From contig UYFQ01000760.1 in the NCBI GenBank assembly GCA_900617105.1, forward strand, positions 1 to 35,506: DNA of 35,506 bases. Direction: 5' to 3'. Of the stretch, positions 21,201-32,628 are shown piece by piece (the stretch's first letter is position 1; the number at the start of each line of letters is the position of its first letter). The notes below the pieces were generated by a model. It had not been told where the DNA came from. It worked only from the letters and a program-made list of their open reading frames with translations, and searched no databases. The position numbers and the translations under genes are program-made. This DNA is from Hydrurus foetidus (lineage: Eukaryota).

Positions 21201-21842
21201 AATCAAGACACTTCAGGAGCAAGTAGGATGCCTACTGTATTACGCTCGAGGAGTTGATGCTACCATCCTCCCGGCAGTCAATCATATCGCCTTTCTCGAC
21301 CTAAAGCACGCTCTTTCGCTGGGGGTATATTCTATCTCGGCAACAATAATCAACCAACTACCATCAACGGGCCATGTCTCACTCTAAGCACCATCATTCC
21401 TGTTGTAGTGTCATCTGTTGCTGAAGCAGAATATGCAGCGGTATTTATAAATGCCAAGGAAGGGGCATCTCTCCGTGCAATTCTCGACAGTCTCGGATAC
21501 CCACAACCTACAACCGACATTCTCTGTGACAACATGTGCGCGGTTAGTCTCGCCTCCGACACTGTCACTCCCAAGAAGACAAAATCCATCGACATGCAGT
21601 TCCACTGGATAAGAGACAGAGTTCGGCAAAAACAATTCACTGTCACGTGGCGTCAAGGAGCTCACAACTTGGCTGACTTCTTCACTAAAGCTCTACCAGT
21701 GCACCTTCGTCGAACGCTTATGCCATTACTTGTAAGCATCCCACCAACACTTGATACAAAATATCAAACATCACATGCTCGACGCTCAGATGCATGGAAA
21801 TCACTTCGCTATAATGCAAGCGATCACAATGCGATTCAATAA
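18268..21842 (+). pseudogene. Copia Pol (PR-IN-RT-RNase H) with frameshifting deletion at ~21290
   Basis: SDTGST; SDLTGKFP, RLDNE, NRAERSIQTFKNH; IDIKDYYL, YGLPQAG, VVDDFGIKY; RNase H remainder AEAEY, CDN, NLADFFTK in a shifted frame. Confidence 0.9.
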
Positions 21843-21968
21843 CAGCAAAGAAGCTTTGCACATAATTGCTTCCTTCCTCCCTTCGTCTATATGCATTCAA
21901 AATTCTTACTCCTTATTACTTTTGTCTAGTATCTATCATTCATAATAATATGACAGATTGAGAGGGTG

Positions 21969-22141
21969 TGTTCATGTACGCGTACATACAAACATCCGAT
22001 CTTGATCTTGAGCACTGCAGTCTGTCATTTGTGTCTTCACTCCTGCTTCCTTCATAACTTAATCTAAACCTCCGTAAACTTGCTCTCATCGGTTTACAGT
22101 TCATCACTGAACGTTCTTCAGTCAGCTTCACTGGATCAACA
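21969..22141 (+). repeat. Copia 3' LTR
   Basis: Identical by eye to 16945-17117. Confidence 0.96.
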
Positions 22142-22172
22142 AATTTACCGTGTACTGAATTGAGAGATTCGT

Positions 22173-22350
22173 GTACTGAATTAATAGTTTGATGTACTGA
22201 ATTCTATACTAAGTGATAGGATTAGGGTTAGGATTAGGGCGAAGATTAGGGTTAGTGTTAGGGTTAGTGTTAAGGTTAAAATCAGAGTCAGAGTCAGGGT
22301 TAGGGCTAGAGTTAGGGTGCATTAAGTACATCAAACTATTAATTCAGTAT
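22173..22350. repeat. Degenerate (TTAGGG)n tract (~22217-22318) flanked by 30-bp inverted repeats
   Basis: GTACTGAATTAATAGTTTGATGTACTGAAT (22173-22202) vs ATTAAGTACATCAAACTATTAATTCAGTAT (22321-22350), 28/30 complementary. Confidence 0.85.
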
Positions 22351-22387
22351 CATCAAACTAACCATTAATTGGGTCGCCCCCCTATTG

Positions 22388-22530
22388 CCTATATAGGGCC
22401 CCCTTTTTAGGAAACCCTAGATGGCCCTATCTAGGGTGTATGTACGTGTAGCCCTTTGTCAAGCCCAAACCCTAGATAGGGCCCTAGATAGGGAATTTTT
22501 GGGTTTCCCTATCTAGGGCCCTCTCCCTAG
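22388..22530. repeat. Cluster of quasi-palindromic CCCTAGATAGGG / CCCTATCTAGGG motifs
   Basis: At least four full copies in both orientations (22425, 22470, 22482, 22507) plus partial ones. Confidence 0.8.
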
Positions 22531-22785
22531 CTCCCACGCAGGTAATTTCGACCCGAGACCGTAAAATCGGCCATTTTCTCATTTCGAGGGGCGCAGCCCC
22601 GAGAGGGATGAAACTATTGGGCTTTCTCAAAGTCCGGATGCTTAGTGACCCGTGCTTCCGGTGACCCAAGGCTTGAAAAATAGACTTGTACTGTGTAATT
22701 ACTTGATAATTAAACTTGTGCACCGGCATCAATCAAGACGGCAACGAAACTTTACATATCAAGGCAATTGCACATGTTCTATCCG

Positions 22786-25700
22786 TGTTGAAGATAGATA
22801 GATGAATGGATCCACGAGCCCGTACAACCAACGGTCCAAAGTCCACATCCCCAGGATGCACACCGCTGACCATCAGGATCCACACATATACTATACAACT
22901 AAAGCAGTGTCTTTTCTCCGGATACTCCAAGACACCCAACAGTCACGCAGTAATTGGGCACCCGGGCACGCAATGGATTTTCATGTTAGCAATAAAATAA
23001 ATGTGAATTGATTTGCAAACAGTAATATCTAACTAAATATCGTTCGATGGTGAGCTGTCCTTAACGCCGGCACCCTTAATTTTCCCCGTCTACTGTGGAC
23101 CACCCCGTGAGCCCATCCCTCTCTCTTTGGATCTGGCAACCTTGGAGCGGCTTGGTGAGTACGTTCGCGTACATGTCGCACCTCGCCGGTCACCACCCGC
23201 TCATTCACCCAGAAGTAACGGATCTGGATATGTCGTGTACGCTCCGCCCCTGATCTGCCACGCTCAACCAGGGCCATGCACGACTGGTTGTCCTGGTAGA
23301 TGGTCACCGGCTCCATTTTGTAACCCTGTGCAATAAGAAAAATACGGATGAATATGCCTTGATTAGCTGAGTCGGACAGCCCCACCAGCTCCGCCTCTGT
23401 GCTCAACTTGGTGACTATAGTCTGCTTCGAAGATCGACAGTGAACGGCCCCGATGTCTCCAATCACATCGCAGCTGCCCGTGTGGGACCTTCCATCACTG
23501 TGTACACCGTAGGATGCGTCCACAAATAGCCTCACTGAGATCCCCCCTGCACCCGGCCTCAGCACTACGCCGCTGTCCCTCGTCGCATGTACGTACCGCA
23601 CCAATCGCTGTAACTTGTCAACATCATCTGAGGTGCACTTATTCACACGTGTCGCAAGGAAGGCCACCGCCACTAGACACTCCGGCTTGGTACGCTTGGC
23701 TAGGTAGAGCACCATCGCGACCACTTTGTGAAACCAGACTTGCACTGGCTCTGTCACACTTGTGACACTCTCCCTTGTCTCGAATAGTTCTTCTGTTGCT
23801 GGTGTCCGTGACACACCCTTCACCCCTGATACCTTGACTATCTCGTCACAGTATCCCGTGGTGGTGATCATCGCCTGTCCTGGTACATGCATGTCGATTG
23901 CCATACCGAGATAATTTATGACAGGACCATGCGATAAGGTGATTGCTCCGTACCTCTTTTGTAGTCCATCGACTAGGTGGAGCATCGTGTCTTTGCTCTT
24001 ACTCGTAATGAGTAGATCATCTACGTGTACCGCAGCAGTACACTGATGCCCATCTGGACCCGTCCGGTTGAATACGCATTTATCGCTGATATTCTGTATG
24101 TACCCCAGACACCGCATTGTGGCGTGCAAATTCTCATACCACAATCCGGCGCTCTCGACACACCCATATAGCGCCTTCTTTAGGTGCACGGTCATGCCCC
24201 CTTTCGCGTCCGTGTACTTACCGTATGATGGGTCGATGTCGATAATGATGTCTGTGATGGTGCGATCGAGGCGCATATGCACCGGTACTTCCGATGACAT
24301 GTCCGCGTTAAGATACGCCCCACTGATGTCAACAACTGCGACTCGACGCCTCTCATGTGCTGCAATCGCTAGTAGTGTGAATACAGCACTGGTGGACACG
24401 GTTGGGGAAGATTAGTCCTCGTACAGGCTCTTGTCTTGTTGGTCGCCCCCTGCGACCAGTCTAGCCTTGAGCTTGAGGAAGCTTCCGTCTGGGTTGTTCT
24501 TCTGTTTCAGGAACATGGACGATCTGATGGTCGCTGCTCTCTGCATCGCAGACAGCTTGCCTCCCATCACCGGCACCCATATCCTCTTGTCTATCATCTG
24601 TCTTAGCTCTGACACGATGACCTTCTTAGCCTCATCCCCTCTAGTGCGAAAAGCCTCTTTGACACTGCTGTTAGCTGTGCTGCTCTTGCTCATTTCCTCC
24701 CTATGTCGCTTTATCACTTCCTCTACATCATGTATTCCAGGTCCTGTGTATGCTGGTCTATGGGAGGTACCCCCAACCGTCGTCACGAACGCGTCCTCGC
24801 TAATACGGACTGACCGTGTCATCATACGTTCTGTCGGTGCGAGTGTTCTTCGTTGCTCTCTCATAGTTGGTTGCACCGTGTGTGCTGGTTGCTGTGGGAG
24901 AGCCGCGCTGTCAGATTCAGGTGTGTCGACTGGACAGTCGTCTGGTTCGAGTGATGGTTCTGGTGAGGGTGGTGGTGTAAGTACGTCGCGAACTTGCACC
25001 CCGATTTTATCGGATTCCTCACTTCCGATTTCTTAATGCTGTTGCTTCAAGTGAAACTGGTACCTCCACCCCCCCCCCCCACATTGGAACGTGGAATCTC
25101 GTAAATGCTGTCGGCTGATTGTAGGTCAGTGAGAGTGGATTGGTCTACTAATCCGGCATCGACAGGTGCATCCTGAGTTGGGGGGTTGTTAGTGTGGCAT
25201 TTTAGACTTATCGAGACTGTTTGCGAATAGCAGTTCATCAAACACATGCAATTGAGTTTGAATGATTTTCTTCCCTTCTTTAACTGCCATGGCATTCAGT
25301 GTCACGATAACCGACTGCGGCATCGGCAGTATCTTGAATTGGTCGCGAGTCACGATCTTGCCAGTTGCCAGTGACAGCATCTTGAACGACCCGGTCCTAC
25401 TGTGTGTAGGCAGCATGACAATGCAATCTTCAGTTCGTGATTGCATAGTGTTGTTGGTATTTGGTACGGTACAAACGGCGTAGTCTCCAAAGGCGGCACG
25501 GAAGTCCAGGTTCCCGTCAACCTGCCGTCCGGAGAATAATTCCCTTGGTGAGACACCCCCTGGCCTTGATCCTGACTGCTGGCAGTTGATGCGAGAGACG
25601 CAGTAGAGTGCTAGATAGGTTAGACAGAGTTCATTTTGGGTAAATGGGAGCCTACTGCAGAGGTGAGCACGTGCTCGCTCCTTCACCATTTGGATCCGCC

Positions 25701-27339
25701 GTTCGATTCTGGCTACATGTCCGCCAGCTGCACTGACATCTACCTCTATCCCTAGTGCTAGCAGATCAAGCCTCATTTTGCCGATAGCACCCTCCCCGTC
25801 GGACATGATGACTTGCACTATGAAGTTCCTGGAATTTAGTATCGATATCATCTCACATAGGGCCGGCTTCACAACTGCTGCTGCTCGCGAGGTCTTCTCG
25901 GTATCAAGTCGAATTAGGCTGACGGCGAGTGTCATATCCAGAGGTGTGGACACCGCGATAAGTATCGTTGTAGTCTCCAGATGGATAATGTCTACGCTCA
26001 ATACTTGTTGCTGCTGCGCTGGTGCAAGTATCAGCGAGATGTCCGCCACAGGTGAAGACTTCTTATGAGTTTTGCCTCTGAGGCTGGCGAGACATTTACC
26101 CCAGATGGAATGCGCATTCCTGAAGTCCGCTTCCGATACGTTGAAGTTGTTGTTACCTTCCCTGATCATCGCTATCGCCATCTCGACCGGTGGGTAACCC
26201 ATCCGAGCTAGCAGCTCTCTGGCGGCTGCTGCTGATCCTATCTCGCGTTTAGTGAACCTCGCCATATTGTCACGAACTGTCGTCACCATCGCCTGCTCTG
26301 CAGGTCGATTTGTCTGTTCTCTCATCCTGCTTGCGTCCCACACATAGAATCTGCCTGTCGGACCTGGCAAGTCTTGCCTGCTGAAGCTGTACTTGGTTGT
26401 GCTGCCTGCTGGTCGCAGCATGAAGTATCCAGTCTCATGTTTGTAACTGATGTCTGCACCACTGTCTGCCATCACGGCAAAGGACAGTATGTTGGCAGTT
26501 GCCCCACGGCTGAAGTAGACAGGTCCAATCTCGCCAAAGTCTCCTTTCTGATCGACTCTGACACCATGCGCTTCGGACTGTACTCCTTTGAGCAGGATCG
26601 AGTGTTGCGATTTCCTGATATCCGTGAGAAGGCTTGGGTTGCAAAAGATGTTAACCGAAGCTTGGTTGTTTAGAAGCACGTGATTGCGAGTGAAGAGGAC
26701 GACTTCGTCTGTCACGACGAAAGCTGCTTCTATGCTCTCGTCGTCCTCCTCAATATCTTCTTCAACGCTGGTGAGTAGAGCGCGCTCACCATCTTTGCGT
26801 TGCTCACAATCTCTTGCGCGACCCGTCTTTCCGCATACGAAACATCTCACTGACGATACTTTCTTCTTCATCCCCGCTGTCTTCCCCTTCGTTCTTTTTC
26901 CCGCAACTTTTTCCTTTGTGCCTATCAAAGAGTCAGTGAGGAATGCGGAATGTTGTTCGGCTCCGAAGGGGACTCCGCCGCCCGAGCTAGTCTAGGATGA
27001 CACTACCCTGTAGGCTCCGGCTAAGGTGGAAGGGAAACTATTCGGCAGGTTTTGTACAGCGTTGTTACGCATCAGTGTCAACATACCGGTATACCTTTTC
27101 GGGTCTAACTTACTGAGGAAGTCGATTGCTCTTATCGGTTCTTCTACTTCATGCCAACACCTCTGTTGGCTAATACCTGATTGTCGAAGCGTGTCTTGAA
27201 ATCGCCTATTATTTCACGTTCACCTTGTCTGAGGCAGTTGTACCTAATCGGTTGCTCGTGAACGTTCATTGCTCTCATTGAATCATCTTCTCCGTAGATG
27301 TGAGTTAAGTGGCTCCTACGAATGTACTCCCACAGTTTC
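22786..27339 (-). mobile_element. Degenerate Ty1/Copia element (3' LTR ~22786-22932, pol, C-terminal gag), cut off within gag at 27339
   Basis: Gag LWEYIRRSHL...DFLSKLDPKRY; broken knuckle CFVCGKTG-RARDC; protease LLNNQAS (D->N); IN LSVDII, MSDGEG, IERRIQ; RT VDISGAYL, KALYG, VHVDD; RH VDASYG, STEAEL, QDNQS; several frameshifts and stops. Confidence 0.9.
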
Positions 27340-27758
27340 TGTGAGAGACTAAATACAAGATGTCACCTTCTCGCGTTCGCAGCGAAGGTGGAGAAGCAGC
27401 TGCAGGCTACTGTCTCAATTCTGTGAGCTATCGAGTAGACTGAAGTGTTTTGGCGATACTGAAGAATCATGAAAGGCGAACGTTCATTTGCGTGAGGTCA
27501 GAGGGTTCGTACTAACTGATACATGTTGATAGTACAGGGGTACGTTTGCGTGTATATGTATATGAACGTACATGCGTGAGTACTAACTGCTATATGGCGA
27601 TATTATAGAAGTACGTATGCATGTGTATGTGTAAGAACGTACATACGTAAGTACAGTGGTACTTACGTATGTACGCCTATACATCTATGTACTACGCTAT
27701 TGGCGATCGTACATACGTCCATATTATATATGTACATACATGTGTAAGTACGTGTGTG
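27340..27758. repeat. Probable LTR remnant, rich in alternating purine/pyrimidine (TACG/TATG) with a 17-bp hairpin
   Basis: Begins TG exactly where the Copia gag homology stops; non-coding; fused directly to the truncated RT of the next element. Confidence 0.5.
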
Positions 27759-30700
27759 TTTGAGGAATTTTATATGTCTGGGACCTGGGTTGTTACCATA
27801 GCGGGATAGTACATTGAGTGCATACAGAATGCCGACCATGGTATGTACCATACCATACATTAGTTGACCCACGACCCTCCTGTACGGGTACTTCATACAC
27901 TGCATACGTTCCTTAGGGGTAGAAGCGTTGTCTAGTTTTGACAATGCAGGTTCTTTGTCCCCAGTCGGGTATGGTAAGTGCATGTCTTTCGCACCAGATA
28001 TATTAGCCTCTTTTATTATTGAATCAATCATGTGATGTTGATCCATATAATATGTGCCATCTTCATCACGCTGAGTACGAATACCAACGAACTCCTTGTC
28101 AGTTGTATCAGTGACTTCATATTTGTGTGCATTGAAGGTGGCGATAATCAGATCCCATTCATCAAGTTTGTCCGAAGGACCAAACCATCTGAAGTCATCA
28201 CTGTGAGCGATGATAAGCATGGGTCTACCATCTGTGGTCCATTTAAAGAAGAACTTGAGGTCCCAGGGTGTGTTATTGTAACCACACTCGAAGATACAAG
28301 TATCAAACTCAATGGAAAAGTTTTGCCCTGCAGGTGGGAATCCATAAAGATTGCCGACAGCCTGAAAGCAGAAACCGGGTGGGCAAGTGTATCCCTGCGG
28401 TGTCTTTATGTGCACCGGGAAGTTAACATTTGCTCTTGTAATGAGGTAAGCACCAATGAGGTCACCTCCTTTCATTACTAGTCCATATGCTGCTGCAATG
28501 CTTAGTGCCATCTTGATGGAACACGATGATACATTTCCGCAGTATACGGCGTCGGGGTCGAAGTCCACGAGTGGTATCATCATATCTCCCCGTCCCACTA
28601 AACGGGCCTTTTTCGTACCGTCGGTTTTTATACTAAAAAGCCACATCATTGGTACCAGGTGTTGGTCAATGTATGGTACTACATGTAAACATGAGTTCTT
28701 CTCGAATTTCTTTAATTCAGTATCTATTGCGTTTTTCCATTCAGGTATAGCCATAGCTTTCCAGAATGATTTTGGCACATTGATTTGATCGAAATTGATG
28801 AAGAGTTTTTCGTGATGACTTGCTTCAATCAATGAGAGAAAATGTTCGTGATTTCTAACATGAGTAGAGTACCAGTAGACAGCATCGTCATTTTCAATGT
28901 TTTGAATTGGTGTGTTAATACCAATGTCATTATCATCGATGTCGGATTTGTTATTTGTATCTCTAATTGGTGTTGGATCAAACGGTATATTCTGTTTTGT
29001 TGATTTGATATTAGTCGATCCAGATTTATTAACAATTTTTTTATTGTTGATAACATTTGGATGTATTTTCGCTGGAATAGGATTTTCAGGAGTTCGATTC
29101 TGAATAATGCAAGGTATTACAGGTACAGGGTGTATTGGAATAGCTGGAGTTGCTAGTTGTTGTTCAGAATCTTTTTCAACTACCTTGTTAGCTGGTAGGA
29201 CTGCAGAGATATCGTTATTGATATTCTGGTGTAAATTAGAAAAGTCAAGATCGGATGGGTACTCGTCCGTGTAATTATAATTATTGTCTTTGTCGAAAAT
29301 GACGTCCTTACTTGTCCTAATTTTGCCGAAGATTCCGGTTGGTAGTATTTCAATGACCTTAAAACAAGGCTCGAGCGTTCTCGATAAATCGTAACCAACG
29401 AATCTGGCTTTGTATGCACGAGGAAAACCGATTTTTCCTTTCCTATCTTCAAGCGCGATGTGAACCCAACATAAGCTCCAAAAGGCCTTGAGGTTCTTGA
29501 GGATTACATGCTTTCCAGTGATGAGATGATACGGTGATGTCTTGATTGCTGAATGGTAATTGAATGCATGGGTGATGCATGTATACTCAAAGGCAAGATC
29601 CCAAAACTTCTGTGGTACTGTCATCCCTAAAGGTTGCATGGTGATGTTGCACTTCATCGATAAGACGCCTACTGCACGTTCTGCGATTCCATTTGCATGT
29701 TTGTCGCGAGGTGGTGTTGGCTCAAGTCGATATCCAAAGTTGTGAAGGCATTGAAGGAATTCAGCTGACCGATAAGATTTCTCTGCATCGGCTCTGATGA
29801 ATCGGTCTACGCCTGGAAGCGAGGGCTTTCACTCAGGATGTGATGGAAGAGGGTGGAGAAGCTTTTGACAAGTTCTGCAGCTCCCCGGTCTTTCGTGAAG
29901 CATGGATAACTTCGTCTTGTAGATAAGTCCGTGATAATATCGCAGTACTTATAACCGGCCTGTGACCGGTGTGTATGTGTATACGCGTCAAGTGAAAATT
30001 GACTGCCGTAGCAAGGAGATGGCAAACGGTGTATACGAAGATGGTCCGTAGAGGTCTGTCGCATCGTGCCCTGTACGCATGCTGCGCATATTGGTCTTGG
30101 TGTAGATGCATCCAAGTTGGAGTAGTGTGCTCCAATGGTGTGCTGTCGGTGCCAGGCCATACCCTCTTCGCCAGGGTGTCCTAGTACGCGATGCACGTGG
30201 TCATAAATCGAAAGCTCCTTTACACTCGTGACCAAGAGTTGAGCCGGTTGCACTCAGTTAGAGTCCAGCAAGTAGAGACCTTCCTCTACCTTGCCACTCA
30301 TGACTGGGTGAGCTGTCTTTGAAATTGTCTGAAGGTGTGGGATGACATCTATCGCATTAAATAACTTGCAGTCCTTGGAGGTGAAGATGCCCACAAATCC
30401 CTTTGCACACGCTTAAGACACTGAGAGCAGTGTGGTATCATTCATTTGATCGATGACAATAGTCTTGAGCATGAATGGTGGGAGTAGTCCCATTTCAGTA
30501 GGCTGGGCAGTCTCCCCGAAAGCTGCTGAGACACTGCATGATGTAGGTCTAAGGTCACGGAGACTGCTGCGCAATCCAGTACCAGATGTAGATGCACCAC
30601 TGTCAATGACTGTCTTGTGACTTGTCTTCTTGAATGACATGAATTTGCTGTCTTTGTCTGTTACTGTAAGTAAGTTGAGACTCTTCTTCTCAGCCAGTGC

Positions 30701-32628
30701 TCTTGCCTTTGCACGACGTGTTGCAGACACTGAATCCCTTGATGGTGATTTGGCTGGTGGAGTGCGCATTCGATATGGCTCAGGGGTTGCCAGATCTGCC
30801 ATTGGAGGATGCAAAATATCTTGTGTAGATTGCTGAGAGTCAAGTGCCATGGGAGGATGCTCGAGTTGCAATGGCTGCTGCCCTTCCTCCTTGATTGGAT
30901 ATTGGACTGGTGTAATCATACGAGGTACACCAGCAGTCTTAAGTGCTGGAATAATATCATTATGAACAAGAGGAGGGTCTTGAAGCATTGGTGGAGCATG
31001 CATTGAGCTTGACGTTCCAGGAGTCTCCTTGAAGTCATTGTCATCTGATGTTTTGATGATCTTCCTGTGTGCTGGACGCTTGGTATCAGTCTGGATTGAC
31101 GCCCACAAACTGCGTTTATGACCCATAACGTATGGGTGATTATATCGGGTCAGGTCTTCTTGGCATCTCCTGTGATGATCAGATGATGACTCCGGTGGAG
31201 TCATGTCTATGTCATCACCTTCTGATTCATCGTCACTGTATTCGTCGTCATCATCATCATCATTATCATCATCATTTTCTTCAGTGTGGTCAGTCGTCTC
31301 ACTAAGCAGGTCCTCTCTGTTGATGGCACTCATACGTGAATATGATGTCGTGATTGGGCTTGTCTGCAATGCATAAGACTGTGGTGCTGAAGGCATTGGT
31401 TTGATGTTGTTGATGATTGCAGAAAAAGCATCGTGGAAGACTATCTGATCTAAGAACTGTGCGTTGGATCGATATGTATTCAATGTGAATAACACATTTG
31501 CTCTTGTCTGGGATTCGTCAGCTTGCATTTGCACTGCATCACGAAGTAGTTGAGCGCAGAATGACATGAAGTCGTAGATAATAGCCAAAGAGAGAATACG
31601 TAGAAGTCGCCATGGTATGTCAGGATGCTCCATGATGTATCTGATAGCAACAAAGTACTTTTCCACGTTTCTCATATTTGATTGGTAGAACCCATAGTCA
31701 TCGGAATGATAGAATTTGTCGGAGAGAGGGTTGAAGTTCATATAACTGAAATTTTCGGAACCCTCCCTGTCTGGAATCAACACGTCGGCGTTCAGGAACC
31801 TGTTTCCAATTTTGTAAAGCATTCGCATAAGCCGTTTGTCTGCTGTACGAACATCTTCTCGGATTTTCACGGATCTCGAGATGGTTGGACTCTCTGAAAG
31901 CCATGTGAATGCCACCAAGATGTGTACCATCCTTGGTTCAGCTGCTGTCAGGTCTTGGAAGCTGACAACAATTCCGGAGAGAGGATCAGTAGGAGATCCA
32001 TCGTAGTCGCTGGGAGAAGAACCGGCGAATCTATTATACTTCTCGACCGAATTGAGCATTGTGAACAGGTGACGCCTGATCTCACGAAGCCTTGGAAAGG
32101 GCTCAAGGTGGTAGAACTCTGGGAACTCAGCAATGGATGTCGTTGATTGTTCTTTAAAGCGAACCGATCGATATGGTTGCTCGACCCATCGCCATTGAAA
32201 TACTGAGGATCTCCTGATGTCCAGCCGTCAACATCAGCAGATTGTAAAGTCCTGATGGTTGTAAGTTGGTTCAGCGAATATCCAGCTGGGTTCTTTGCCG
32301 TTGCAACTCCTTTGGGATATCCAACCAGTGACCGATGGGAATCTGACACGATGATTGGTTTCTTGAAAGGAAACTTCGGTGGAGTCTTCTGATCTTTCTT
32401 GAAAGGAGGTGGGTTCTTGTTGGGCTTCTTGTCAGATGGTGCTCCCTTGTTTGGCGGCGCTGCTGCATGTGAATACTTGCATGAGGAACCTTTGGTACAT
32501 AGGCCAGCGATGTGACGTCTGCACAGCTCCAAGGTTGGAGTAAGGGAAGCCATCTTGTGAGCTACTGCTGGGGCAGGATCAAGAAGCACAAGGTATTTGA
32601 TGGTGTCTTCGTAGGATGCCTTTGACGT
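27759..32628 (-). mobile_element. Degenerate Ty1/Copia element with CCCH-finger Gag and HSDD RT; RNase H deleted; 5' part displaced
   Basis: CRRHIAGLCTKGSSCKYSH; protease VIDSGAST; IN HVHRVLGH...CAAC, FSLDAY, IRADAE, NGIAER; RT GDLIGAYL, NLYGFPPAG, AHSDDF, YPYRRVVGQLMY; ends at HIKFLK; stops at 30413 and 30254, frameshifts ~29840 and ~32150. Confidence 0.88.

Larger units (their letters stand above)
16945..22141 (+). mobile_element. Ty1/Copia LTR retrotransposon, CoDi-like, with internal deletion
   Basis: Identical 173-bp LTRs (16945-17117, 21969-22141) TG...CA; AATTT TSD (16940-16944, 22142-22146); PPT GATTGAGAGGGTG; order gag-PR-IN-RT-RH. Confidence 0.96.

Noticed and set aside
22217..22318. 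True telomere or chromosome end
   Set aside because: Short, degenerate, internal and flanked by inverted arms
24431..25036. 201-aa antisense ORF over Copia pol, and similar short shadow ORFs throughout
   Set aside because: Antisense to recognisable pol sequence, no independent coding signal
25069..25080. C12 homopolymer
   Set aside because: Lies in the decayed IN-RT linker; no evidence of function and length unreliable
27509..27588. Two TACTAAC branch-point-like motifs
   Set aside because: No exon structure around them; part of a local repeat in LTR-like DNA
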